Source: Takakia lepidozioides (Eukaryota; Plantae; Bryophyta). From it: DNA of 64,000 nucleotides. A program made the position numbers and the translations under genes. A model generated the notes under the pieces. That model did no database searches. It was not told the DNA's origin and saw only the letters and a program-made list of their open reading frames with translations. The DNA lies in NCBI GenBank assembly GCA_030704615.1, contig CM060731.1, forward strand, positions 8,370,001 through 8,434,000, in the 5' to 3' direction. The first letter of the stretch is position 1, and every line of letters begins with the position of its first letter. Positions 21,416-34,689 of the stretch are shown here, in pieces.

Positions 21416-23994
21416 ATGGCGTACCAGTACCAGTACCCGCCGGCCGGGAGTGGACAGTGGAGCTCGGGCATCTGCGGATGTTTTCAGGATTTTGAATCGT
21501 GTAAGTGAACTGAGGGGTTTCCCTCCTCTCTCGCTGTCTCTCTCCATACATTTCATAGTTAGGAGTAAGAAAAGAAGCTTCCCATGGGCAACTGCAGATA
21601 CCACATTCTTGTTTCTCTATATCCGCAATGCATTTGGACTTCACTTGTGGATCGGAGCTTCTGGGTTCTTACAACCCCCCACCTTCTAGTTCCTTCGCCC
21701 TCTGGCTAGTAGCTGCGTGCAGGGAGAAAACTGCGATCGTGAATATATGTGGTTTGAGGATCGCATGTCTTTGAATGGTGCCACCGTATGGAGTGTCGAG
21801 CTATTTCTCGGAACCATTCTGCCGCACCATGAATATCCCGTCCACCCTGGAAACTCAAAACTGAAGAGTGTTGAGTGGACTTCGCAACCATCGGCCGACC
21901 AATACATGAAACGAGAAATGAACATGTACAAATGGTTTCTACAGATTACAGAATGAGAGATTTTAAGCACAGTTTAATGTTACGAATCTCTTCCAGAAAC
22001 AAGATTGATAGAGCTAGTGTAGATTGCTGATATCCCCTACCCATTGCGGATCGTGTGCCCTCTCCCTTCACCAGTTTAGAGTACCTTGTACCACTGACAG
22101 TGACAACTCCTAGTAGTGTGACGTGTTCAGCAACCGCAGAAAGCACTTTGCATGGGACTTGGGCAATTTTGGGTAGTACACACCAAAGTTCCTGAATTAG
22201 GGAAAGAATGGGGAAAGAAACCTGGACTTGCCATCCAGGGTAGGGGTTAAATTTGAAAGACATCTTAAGGCGTGTAGCTGCCCTGAAGCTGATGGGAAAC
22301 CAAAAAATTAGCCTTTTTCTTAAACATGGAACCCGATATTTAGACTTTGTTAGCAATTTCGTCAATGAGCCAAGCTTTGGTGCTGCTTTGGGTTATGCAA
22401 GGAACTCCCAATAAATGGCTGACTCCTCTTTCATTAGCATACAAGCCTGTCACAAATGCAGCTCCTCGTTCTTTCACAATTGAAGTGGAATCTGACAAGA
22501 TGTTAGAGGGTTCATATGGTAGAACTACTCTTCTTATGTTATATTTGTATGAGGTTTAAAGGGCGTTGTTTTGAATTACCCTTGGAATGATGGATAATTT
22601 ATTAGCATGCCTTTTGCATGGCAACATTGCAACAGGCTTCTTCCTTCTTTCTGCAGTGCGGTTTGCAGTTATGCTGGTATATGAAGGTCAAAATGGCTCT
22701 TCAAGGCCATGGAAGGGTGTCAGGCTTACCCCTGATCCATAGGTGAATTGATCCGCCAACGCAGTTCTAAATGGATTGGAACCCACGGGAATTCTCCCCT
22801 AGTACATTTGATTCCCAAATGAGTGACTCCTTGTTGTTTGGCTCAACTCAATATCCTCTGAATGGGTGGGCAGGTATGTGTGCTTGGTGCTGTCCATGCG
22901 TACTTGTTGGACAAATTGCGGAAATCGTTGACCAAGGCGCCACTTGTACGTGCTCTCCGTCTCTTCTCCTTGCTCTCTTGTTCCTCTGGCTCATTTTCAC
23001 AACCCAGAATTGCAGGCCAATGTCGACCTAAATTTGTTATAATTATCTGTTGTATTTTAACCATCTGGTCTTTCACCAACATTTTGTGGGCATTTACTAC
23101 TTGACTGTATCCATGACATTTGGCACTCCATGCACCACCATTCACCACATTTGCCAAACTTCTCTTATTTCACCTACATACCTTGGATCATGCATGTGAT
23201 GACTTGTGTGGCCAGTCTCCATTCCTTACAAGAGTGCACATGGTGTGGGGTGCCTGAAACAGCATGTGGAAGTGCTGGAGCCATCTATGCACTGCTGACT
23301 ATCTTCACAGGCTGTGGATGTCTGTATTCATGTGGCTTCCGAGCCAAGCTGCGCCATAAGTACGGCCTTCCTTTGCAACCATGTGGCGATGTCTGCACTG
23401 AATGGTGCTGCACATGCTGCTCCCTTGCCCAACAATATAGGGAGCTCAACTCACGTGGCATTAATCCAGTCCTTGGTATGTTTACAGGCTCTACTGGCTC
23501 TACTTCCCTGTTTCTTGTTGTTCTCAACTCCTGTGGTGTCAATCCGGTCCTTGGTATAAGGGATAAAGGAGCAAGAGCCCCTGTTAATATTGAAGAGTCG
23601 AGAAGGAACTTGAGCGGACATAGACCAAGATGGTTGTGATTGTTTCCTAGTCAGCCACTTATTTCTTTGCATACATATGTTTTATGTCTGATAGCTCAGG
23701 ATTTGGGGAAGTTCCATTAGGTTGAAGGAATGAAGGCCTAGACTTTTCTTATTCTTTTCCCTCCACTAGATGTGTAACTGGGTTGACAAGTGGACCAGTG
23801 GTCCCTGGAGTACTGTACAAATATTACATTCATAGAAAATTTAGCCAGATCATGCATCTACCTCACGGTTCCATCTTTTCTGTGTGTGGTTTGCCATTGA
23901 CCCCAATGATAACCTTTTGTATTATGCAGGATATGAGGCCAATAAAGCTACATACGAGACCCAGGCACCACCTATGCAAAAAATGTATGGATGA
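21416..23994 (+). CDS. PLAC8-domain protein (Plant Cadmium Resistance / Cell Number Regulator, fw2.2-like), 144 aa, 4 exons
   Basis: Exons 21416-21500, 22874-22945, 23263-23475 and 23930-23994, all GT-AG, 435 nt in total. Motifs WSSGICGCFQD, WCCPCVLVGQIAEIVDQG, RAKLRHKYGL, CCSLAQQYREL. Confidence 0.93.
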
Positions 23995-26900
23995 AGCCCA
24001 GTATGTTGGATAATGACACAATTACTTGGGTGTCTTTGCAAAACTGTAATTAATAGGTCTTCTGTGAATCATTCTGGCAATTTGAAATATTCATTAGATA
24101 CACATCTCAATCCACTGTCAAGATTGTTTCACTTAACTGTGGAAGGAAGGTTGTCAACTCAAACCTGTAATTAAAATGTCTTCTGTTGATTATTTGGCAG
24201 TTTGAACTATTTGTTATATGCAGATTTCAATCCGCAGAGAAGCTGAGCTGTGTGAAGATTGTTTGACTGAATTGTGGAAGGAAGGTTATGAATAAAGCAT
24301 GGTGTACTCATTACCCTAGTTTGTGACTTGTTTATGTTTATGCTATTGGACCATGTGAGACTGGTTTTGCAATTTGAAAGACAATGTGCATAATGGATTA
24401 GAAGTGCATGCAACCCGGAAGTCTGTTGCTACTGGGTGAAAGGAGTAAAGGAGTTGAGAGTGTGCCCAGTGGACTTCTGGAGTTGAAAATTTGAATAGTA
24501 ATGATTCAAAACTAAAAGAGAATTCCTGGTAAGTACTGAGAACACAAACCCCGATACTGTTAATGTGGATATATTGTGAAATAGATCTGCGTGGCAGGCT
24601 TGAAATGAGACGAGTTTTGAGCAACATTTTCCTGTGGCAATACCAATCTTGCATGATGGCTTGGAGAAAGTCCCACTGGTCCAAGACCCAGGAAAAGAGC
24701 AACCCTCGATCTTTCCAGTGGCGGAGAGAGAGAGAGAGAGCTGAAAGGACAGTCCGTTTTCATCCTGAATTCCTTACATGTGATCAAATATAAAGGGGTT
24801 TTCAGGCAAGATATTGCTTGTGCAGTAGCTTTCCCAACTCAACAGGCTATTGATGCCTCAATTATATTTCGCATGCAATAAGAATTGAAGTGGGTGAGGT
24901 TGTGTAGTATACAGAAACAGTCCCAAATGGGATAATCATAGAGTTGCCTTGGTGAGCTCTACCCTATGCTCTAACCAGTAACTTCATGTGAAAGCAGGAG
25001 ACATACAGGCGGACTGTAAACCACTTCTCAAATTTGCATAATGATACATACTACAATTTGAGGATCAAGGTCTGCAAATGTGTAATCATGATGAACTTGC
25101 CAAGCTTGATAAACAAGTTGGACTCCACCCCAGCACAAAACCCTTCAGTTATACTCCATGGAGAGAGAGATCCGGCCAGAGCGAGCGAAACTAAGAGTAA
25201 GAGCCCATTCAAATATACCTTTGACCATCGGGAACTTCAAGAAATGGTAATGGAAGAATGTTCTCTTAGATGCTCATGGATGTTCCACAGAGCTCATGCG
25301 CTACCTAACCTCGTTTTTCTCACCAAAATAACATAAAATACCTCTCGGAGATGGATGGTGGGTCTCTTTGAATGGTCAAGCTTTTGAAAATGTAGGGTTG
25401 GAAGGAAGCTTGCAAATTAGATTTAGTAGGTAGTGGTTTCAGCTTGAGTTTTGAGCCTAAGGTTTTAATTATTGCATGGACGCCTTTGTAAACATCCAGT
25501 GTAAACAAGCAGTATATTCCATACTGAAAATTCATCCGCTAAGCTCTTCAATATGAAGATGTTATCTGAGGGACGTGTACCTTGAGAAGGCATACAATGG
25601 AAGGGGAGGTGACACCTGGGAAGGCACAACATGCACTTAGAGATTTTTGATACTGATGCGGAACTCTCCTCTTCAGAATGAAGAGCAGCCAATAAATGAA
25701 TGAAGAGGCAAAATTTCCCAAATCCCTTCATTAAATTGCAATTTATGTCCTGTACATGCATTCCCAAATACGTAGGTAATATAGAGAGATACACGTATAT
25801 TACATGGCTCACAACAATCACCACTTTATACTATAGATTCATTTTTGTTTTTTTTTAAAATAATATATATATAGTCAACCATCGATAAATGCTAGTGAAG
25901 TTAGTATCAAATAAATGATGGGGATTCATCCCCTTTCATCAAAAAAAGAGAAAAAGTTAGCCTTCACTAAATGACCGTGGATAAGTGTTGAGTTTGTCAA
26001 CACTGCATATATTTTCTCAAATCTGCAATTACTAATGGATGAGTTGGCAAACTTAACACTTATCCCATTTACATCCATCCAAATATGCTAAGAAACAGAA
26101 CTGATTTTGCTCCAAATAATGGATTCTCATTGCATTTTGCGGTCGAATTTGATTGTAGTACCCCTTTTATTGGGAACCCACAAAGATGATCAGCTATGGG
26201 AGTCTTGAGATCAACAAACTTGCTTGCTTCCCATTACATCCAACCAATAGACACAACAATTATTGTTTTTTCAGTTGGACCCATACACGACAGAGATGAT
26301 AAAGACCACAATTCATTCATTGGCATAAAGACTCGCTGGATTAATGTACAGTTAAGGCAGTCCAAGGACCACCATAATTATTTGAAATGATGTTGATTTG
26401 ATCAATGGACTCATGATATTATCACATAAAGCAATAGCTTAGGCCTATCTGCAATTGTTAGATCACCAGTGGGTAGCTCACTTGCACAGTGCATTGAGTG
26501 CCACCCAGGTGGTTCGGGGCTCAAATCCTGCTGCTTCGTCGGGTGTGCCATAATCTTCTCCCCCTCGCCCGGTCAGCGCAGCTGTGGCAGGTAGACATGA
26601 AGGACATGGCGCCCATGCGGAGCGACACGTGGCGGTACACCTGACCAGTGGTTGGTTCGTTGGTTGAAGCGGGCTTCATCCGCGTCACTTTCTGTTCGTC
26701 GAAGTTGCCGGGACCGTTCTGTCAAGTCTATATGCTGTTGAAATGGCTGCACAGTCGAGGCTGGATGAATCTATTTTATCGTTGACATAGTAGCGGCCGG
26801 CTGGCTCTCTTGCACGATGGAATGTTCATCCATCTGCCACCACGTGGATGAAGGATGCGATGCCGGCAGCGGTAAACACAACAACGATTCCCGGACAAAC

Positions 26901-28384
26901 AACCTTCATCCTATTTTCGCGCTTTGGCCGACATCATTCTTATTAGTCGTCCACTCCAGCTGTCCAGGGCGGAGGCCTGTCGGGACATGGCCGCCCTATA
27001 TGCCCACCGGCTCTCCCAGCTCTGGGTTACCGCTTTCTACCGGTGGACGCGTAGGTCTGCCGGGGCTCCCCGAACACAGGGGCCTGACGGCACGTGAGGA
27101 GCTACTGGTCGGCTGCTAACACAGCAGGCCGCCGACCAGCTCCGAGACATGTGCCGGCATCACCACTCATGTCTCGTACTATCCGGTCATGGCATGCGTC
27201 CACCCATTATAACGGGTCAACCCGTGCTGGTTTGCTTTGCAAATTCATCCGGTGACCGGTTGCACCGACTCCCATTATTTCGCACTTGACAACTGGCATG
27301 TCCCGGCTTGGCCGACCAGCCGATCCAGCTTTTTGCTTGTATTGGGAACTCGTATGGGGACACAAAGTACACATATAACCAGGTAGAAGAATCTGTAGAG
27401 TCGTGCGTAGTGCGTACCTGAATCGTAATCACATATTTGTAGGCTAGTAGGTCTGCTCCACCGCTGTTGCATCATTAATCAGGCCTCATTTATTAAAACT
27501 TAAAAGAGGTGTTTTAACTTTATTGCTCAATAGTTAGCTCGAAATATTAAAGTCGAAATCTTTGCATTATCCCCTCATTCATTGTCACATCTTTAAGACC
27601 ATAAAGTAGGGGTCTTAAGTTTACACAGTGTACATTGATTTGCTCTTTAATACTTCTACTACTACTACTACAAGTAGCTGATTTTGCACCTGTCACAAGG
27701 CATTTGACAGGCAAAAAAAGGGAAAAAAAAAATGAGCCTGTCAAAAGAAAGGCAATGAGAAAAAAATGCCTGTCACAGTGAAAGTAAAAAAAAAAATAGC
27801 CTGTCAAAAAAAGGCAGAAATTTCTGATAATTAGGGGTAATTTGATTACTAAGTCCACCTAGGAGAGGCTCACAAAGCCTGAAAGCTACAAATGAATAGA
27901 AAATCTGCGGAGATTACCGATAGTTATTAGCAATTTTATTAGTAAGTCCACCTAGAGGCTAGGAGTGGCTAAAAAAGGTACAAATTGTTAGTAGTTTTTG
28001 TTAATCTTACTAGTAAGTCCACCTAGGGGAGCCTCACCCAGCACTGCCAGCAGTGTTTTTCTTAGGAAATTTGGAAAACGGCACGAGTGGCTACAGAGTT
28101 TTGCTGAAAATAGCAGTATATTCTGTTCATCCACTGAAATCTTCCACTTCTGCCATGAAAAACATGGGACTTTTGACAGAATATTCTTTTTATTTTTGAG
28201 GTCGAAATCTGGCGAAAATTCGCCTATAAAAAAAACGCTGACTGCCAGCTGCCCTTCTTTGTGTTTCAAGCCTTAAACCTCCAAGCTTACTTAGGCTCTC
28301 CCTCTTTGTTTCCGTGTGTGCTCCAGCCTCCATTCTTAGTTTTCTTTTTTTTTCTTTTTTTTTTGAGACCGGGTGTTGAGTAGA

Positions 28385-28500
28385 CAGATATTTGGAAATA
28401 TCCATTTTGGATAATGTGGGCATGCACTTGCTTTCTTGTTTCTAGGTCTTTACTCTTGATACACCCTTGTAAAATGCACAATTACATACTGGAGTTTGGC
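28385..28500 (-). pseudogene. PLS-class PPR gene fragment
   Basis: CILQGCIKSKDLETRKQVHAHIIQNG is a typical L-motif of PLS PPR proteins. The piece is isolated and preceded by a stop. Confidence 0.65.
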
Positions 28501-28906
28501 GGCCAAAATGAATTGCTGGTTCAAATCGTGTAGTGCCCGTTTGATTTGTTCTCCCTTACACGGTGTACCGAAGCCACAACAGTGCAAGAAACATTCTTCT
28601 TGAGTCCCTCTCCTTATCCTGTTTCAAAAGCATTTCGACACGGCCATCCTACATGACTCAAAATCCTAACTTACAATCAACTGGCATATTGTATTCCTAG
28701 CTCATTGATAAGCCAAGAGAATATCTCTCAAAGAAGAGAGGCTTGGGATTAAGTATGAAGAGGTTAAAAATGCTAAAGTCTTATAGTTAGAGAATAAGTG
28801 GTACAAATGCTACATGTTTGGGTTGGAACCCATGAAAATAGTAAAGACAATACCACATGTATTCATGGACTGGAGCTTCACTAATTGTAGCTGTAAGAAG
28901 TTCACA

Positions 28907-30452
28907 TTTTTTGTTTTTTTTTGTTTTTTTAGTTCACATTTTTTTTTTTTTTTTTTTTCTTTTGAAGAGGGGCGGAGGCCTCAGAATTTTATAAATAAAG
29001 GACATGAAAGTCCGAAAAATACAATAGGGCGAAATAACGGCGATGAACATAACAGAAAGAGATCACTACGAGAGAACCAAAAGGGAAAAATAACCTCTTT
29101 CAAGGGTGCCCTGGAGGCTGATCCAGGAAAGCTCTGCTTCGTGACCAACCAACCAAAGAGGGGGAAAAAAAGCAAACAGAACGATCTGTCGCCCCATAGA
29201 AGAGTCTCTAAGAGAGGCTAGGCCTTCAAGCCGTGGAATCGCAGATTAAAACTAGCATAGAAGCTAAGAAGCCACTGGCTGCAGTAGCAAAGAGGTGGTA
29301 ATGCTAGGGCAGAACGAAGAGTAATATAACCAGCCTGCTGCATCAGTAGTTCCCGCGGTTCTTTTTGTAAGTAACAAAAGAGAGGTGAGTCCTAGATCTG
29401 GTGGATCGAAGAGAATGGTGGTGCCTCCAATTTATTTCTAAATCGTCCTTCTCAACAAGTGAAGGTTGGGAGCTAAAGGAACTCCCAGCTTGGAGGGATG
29501 GAGTCCTTCCAGTGAATTCCAGTCCCTGCTGAATCTCTAGTGTAGATGGTGGCTCCTTTTCCCCAAGTGTCGTCGAATTTGGTGAGTAGCTGAGTCCCCT
29601 TTCTGCCCTCACACCTGCGAAGAGCTATTCCCAACACCCGCCACGCCCTACGGGCCTCAGACAACAGGTCTGAGTGAACCAGACAAAGAATCACTCTTAC
29701 ACTGCAAGGCCTCCCAACAAAGACATTGGCACATCTGCCCACAATTTACCCTGCAAGAAATTTAAAAACAGAATGGAAGGGCAAGGCATTGGAAGCTGTT
29801 TCCATTGGCTATAGAAAGCCAGGACCTGCACCCAAACAACAGCAACAAGAGGGCATTCAAACAGACAGTGTTCTAATGATTCCGAAGCCTGTAGCCCACA
29901 AGAAGTACATAACATGGAGCCATCCGAGATGTGAGCTTTGACAGGAAGGATTGTATTGACCAATTTCCATAAGAAACCAGTGATTTTAGAAGCCTTGTCC
30001 TTCTTCCAGACGTCACCCCAGATAACAAAGATCACAAAGGGACAGTCAGAAATGTAAGACCATTTCAAGGTCCATTTGGCATCCAGAGAGGAGGTTTTTT
30101 TGAGAAGGGAAGACCCCAGCTTTACCAAATATTTAAAAAAGGGGGTGCTCTTTCTATCATCCCAATTCCATTCGACTGGATCGAATTGAAGGAGTGAAAC
30201 TGGAGCTCGAAGGAACCATACAAGGAAGGGGTTTGTATGTCTACCCTGATCCAGCGAAGGATTTACCTCCCCCGTCGCCATGCAAATTACACGGATGGCA
30301 TAGCATTTGATCTCTTCAAGTTCACACAGAAGAGGGAAGGTTAGGGCACCCGAATCCTTAACCTGGAAACTCCATCCTTGGATTTGGTTTCTCTCCTTGG
30401 AGTTCTTTTCATTTTTCGTTTCAATTTCATATGACAAAATTGTGTGAAAGGT
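28907..30452 (-). mobile_element. 5'-truncated L1-type LINE (ORF2 C-terminus, 3'UTR, poly(A))
   Basis: ORF 29697-30455 carries a zf-RVT signature FLWKLV..LP..CTSCG..ESLEHCLFECP..VW. A poly(T) tract at 28907-28963 is the tail on the minus strand. Confidence 0.85.
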
Positions 30453-30723
30453 CAAAAATCTGTCAACCTGTCATGTGAAAGGCATTTTCTTAAAGTTGTA
30501 TGTCACAGTGGAAGTCAAAAAAAAAATTTAACCTGTCACAAAAAAGGTAGGGCTACCTGTCCAAAACATCACTAAAGTCTACTAGGTAGTGATCTCTTAA
30601 ATAGTCTCTACACAGGCTTCCCTGAAATTAAACAAGCCATGTGAGGTTGTCCTATGTAAGTTAGACCTTGTTGCCCTCAGGTTGACCGGAAGCTCAACGA
30701 GGTCAATTGGAGCTCGGCTGGGT

Positions 30724-30932
30724 AAAGACAGTCTTGGAATACTTGGACTTCGGAACATTCACCACGAAAGACAGTCTTTGAATACGTGGATGTCCGGACA
30801 TTCACCATGAAAGACAATGATCCGAGATTGTTTTACCCGAGTGCGCACGTAAAGGATAACGTTATTGTAATTTGCCTATCATTGAGGGGCACGCAAAGGA
30901 TAACCGTATTGTAATTTGCCTACCATTGAGGG
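30724..30932. repeat. Two adjacent short tandem duplications (~43-bp and ~45-bp units)
   Basis: aaagacagtctt..cattcacca x2 (30724-30817) and gcacg..aaaggataac..cattgaggg x2 (30845-30932). Confidence 0.8.
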
Positions 30933-33900
30933 AAAACTGGTCCCAAGTTCCCACAGAGCCCATGTTTTCCACTGGCACCCCTAATAAGACTACACAGATG
31001 TAAGTGAGCCTGGAAACGACCTACGGAAACATGCACATACGGCTAGAGGTACGGGTATAGTACAAAGCACAGGCAGCGTGGGTATGGGGAACAGACGCCA
31101 TAACTGTGTCTGCTGCCTTGTCATCGACCACGGCAGGTCAACGTCTCCCGGTTTTGCACCGGGGGTACTCAACGCCGCGGGTTCTCCGCAACCTGGCCGC
31201 AGCCCGGCCGACACCCTCCGTCATTGGTCGCGAGAACGGCGACTAAAGTGTGGCGCCGCGCCGCGCCTCTAGGCGCAGGCTTGCAGAGGGAAGCACGATG
31301 TTGACGGAACGGAGGCTTATCCCGCGCGGCGGCGGTTTGCCGGTTCTTACTGGGGCAGCGCGCTGCCTGTCCCATCACGTGGCCCCCCCCTGCGGGACAA
31401 CATTCAAGCATGTTCGCAGGGGAACGGAGCCAGCTCCGTTCCCACGTTCCCAGTGCCCGTTCCAGGATAGGCACAGCGGGGCTAGTTGAGAATAGGTGCT
31501 CGTGCGGGTGGATGAATAGCTTTGCGCTGTGGATGGAATATTTGGGCTGCCGGGAAAAGGTCGAGAGGGTGGAATCAGCGGGGGGCGGGAAGGTTCAGAG
31601 GAAAGCGGGAGCGTGGGGCCGGGCAGGAGACGTAAGGGGGCGGCCGACAGCTCACCGCCTTTCGCCACACTTGGGCAGCACTCCATCGCACTTTCGCCAC
31701 GTCTCGTCGCTGAACGTCGCGTGCCCGGACGGAAAATGTGGCTCGTCCGTGCACGACCTGTCGTCCCGCGGGAGACGTGCCCGGCGCAGGACGGTATAAA
31801 GCCGCTCCCGCGGGTGCGTGTATGTACGTCGTAAATGCGGCGAGCGGGCTGCAGAGGTATCGCCGCGCCATCGCCCGAGCACATGCCTTCTGCCGCAGCC
31901 AGAGAGTATAGGCACTAATATCCCGTACCATGGTATACGTGTCCAACGCGGCTAGGGCATGCCAGCGCGACGTGCCGCTTTTCTTTTACTTTGCCACCAG
32001 AAAGTAGGCTGCTTACCGACAGCCCTACCAGCCCAGATTTGCCGTCAGATCCACTCATCCAGCGCAGCGGTGGATGAAGATCGTCGATCCGTATCGGAAT
32101 ACGTGGTCGCTTGGCGGGGGCAGGGGGAGAAGATAAGTGTGGTAAGTTACTAGTAAGAGGGAGGGATAGTGTGAGGGGAGGCGTGAGCGTGAGGCTCGTG
32201 TTGGTAGCAACGAAAGGGAAAATGAAGCCGCTTTTCCGCCCCCTTGCGTGCTGTGTTCACATTTGAAGCCCGCTCGCACAGCACACGCGATTGCTCGCTT
32301 TGACTTTTTTCATCCATCAACAGTTGCTGCGTTCAACGTAGTAGATGCCTATACCTAGTGCCTTATTAGCCGTTTGCTTTGTATGTCAATGCTCTCACTA
32401 CACTACGTAGCCGGCGGCGAGCAACCGGAGTTAAGTATATTGTTTTGGTGTTGATGGGAGCTTTGTAGGTAGTAGTGCGGTTTCAATTTTTGCCGGCGCG
32501 CTATAAAATTCATTTCTTGCAAGAGAAACAAGGAAAATCTTCTAAGGCCAAAAATGAGGACACTTTTATATGATGGTATCACGTGTGCTTTTGATATGAA
32601 CATATTTTTCAGAAACACATGCCGACAAAGATGGAGACGAACTCATTAGCGGTAAACCGCTTGGGTGGACTCCTACCAAATCATCAATATGTCCTATAGA
32701 GGTTGAGGTGAAGGTCATCCTGACTAGGACATCGAAAGATTGACAGAAATTCTGCGCGGTGTCTTTTGGCCGTATGAGATCCCTGCGCTACATACAAAAT
32801 TCACACACCCTTGCATAATCGTAATCTCCGATCGTCGTCGACAAAAAACCACTGGAGATGCTCTCAGTTTCCGGTGAACACAAAGAAGGAAGGACGTATC
32901 TCAGTTTCCTGTTTTAGGCTTAGGCATCTCCGCATAGAATCGGTATAATAAAAAACGGACACTTTCGATGTTTCCTTGGCCGGGTTCGGCACTAGAGGCT
33001 GCTAATAAGCACAACCGCCGTTGGTGGCCAGCCACACAGTGTTTACACCCACTGCAGATTTGAGCCGTGGATCAATCCCCTTACAACGTCGGACCCCGGT
33101 ATAAAATAAATATTTTTAAAATAGAAATGATAGTATAAAAGCATATGTCAAATGTGTGAGGCGAAATGGCGTCGTCGGAGCACGATGGGGAATAATCGAA
33201 GAGCGAGATGCCGTTAATAGAGCGGCAACTTGACTGGCTGCAAAATGGTCGCAGAGGGCGAGGCCGCGCACCGGCAAAGGCGGGATTAGGCGCCATAATG
33301 CGCTTGGCGGCTGCGCGGCGCATCGTGGCGCTGCGTGCCCTGCCTCGCACGCCTCTATATCTTGGTCCGCCCTGCAGCGCTGGGCAATCGATATGGTATT
33401 AATACGCCCCTTTTGTTTTTGCTGCTGTCCTGCCGCCCATCGTGCCACAGCGTGTACTAGGCTATATACATTCCCCCCCCGCCTCCAGAGTCGACCTCTG
33501 GGCCGCTTCACAAAGAAGCGCATAGTTTATGTTCGGTGGCAAGGTAAATCAAGTATTGATTGTGTAGGATCGTTCTCAACGGTCATTTAATTGGTCTTAT
33601 TATTCTATATGTATGGCATGTTGTCGTGCGCACCCTTCAATGTGAAGCACAACCCGATTTTTCACAGGGTGCGTTTTTGCACTGGCGAACGGAGTCCGTT
33701 CATCCAGCCTTCTCCATCAACAAAAGTTGTCGTATTTGTGGGAAGTAGGTAAGGTCACGATCGCGAGATCATCCGCATGAAGCCACGATGGATGATTAAA
33801 ATAATGAGAAGCAAGGATGGTATATGCTGATCAACCCTCGGTGGATTTTTCGTTCCGCTCTTTTGCAGTATCTGGTTGTGCCATGGCGTAACTTAGTGGG

Positions 33901-34649
33901 CAAGTAGACTTTACGCGAAGCTGTCGATGGTCTACGGCCAATCCGAAACTGGAAGCGCAATTCCATATACTAGGTATTGCATGGTGGGTTCGGGAGTGGG
34001 TGGTCCCTCCGGGCGCGCCGCCCACCTTACCCGACGGGATGGCCGGTTCCATGCTACATAATTGTCCTCTTGGTGACAAGGCCTACCTACCGTCATTCTC
34101 TCATTTGAATTGCACCACACCCGCCCATGAGGTCACTTAACTAGGGTCACTTAACAATGAGTGATTGTGGATGATTAAAACGAATGTACCTTGCCAAAGG
34201 AAAAGGTGGCGTTGTCGAATAAGCTCGCACCTTTTAGTACCGGTTGACTGGCAGGTTGCATCATCCACATCCATCCACCACCGTCCATCCACCCGGGGAG
34301 CAGGCCGCCGACGCGCGCAGGCGAGCTAAAACAGAGCAGACAAGTGGGCACATGTCAGGGAACAGTGATGCGAACGCGCAAAGTCGACGTCAGACGGGGC
34401 AACAAGACGCCGTAGTTACGCGACCGGCGGGGACGTGCCGGGATGGCCTTAATGTGGGCCTATTTATGGGCCCTCCGCTGTGGCTCGTGTGCATTCATTA
34501 TGGGATTATTCATTGCCCTCCAAACCAGGAATTGATGTCTGGGTAATATATGCGCCTCATTCGATCCCATGATCGCACCCTTCCCCTCATTCGACGCTTC
34601 CAAGGCCCAAGGCCCTCCAAAGTCTCGGGTCCGCGTAAGCAAGTGGGGT

Positions 34650-34689
34650 TAACCTAACCTAACCTAACCTGACCTGACCTAACCTAACC
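34650..34689. repeat. (CCTAA)n / (TTAGG)n pentamer array
   Basis: taacctaacctaacctaacctgacctgacctaacctaacc. Confidence 0.85.

Larger units (their letters stand above)
27666..30591. mobile_element. Possible non-autonomous CACTA-like element with captured or inserted cargo
   Basis: Clusters of cctgtca(ca) repeats at 27690-27820 and 30460-30562. Ends tactacaagtag and ctactaggtagtg resemble degenerate CACTA TIRs. No TSD seen. Confidence 0.35.

Noticed and set aside
26620-27100. Three G-box/ABRE motifs (26624, 26841, 27091)
   Set aside because: No gene can be linked to them, and short motifs arise by chance in GC-rich DNA.
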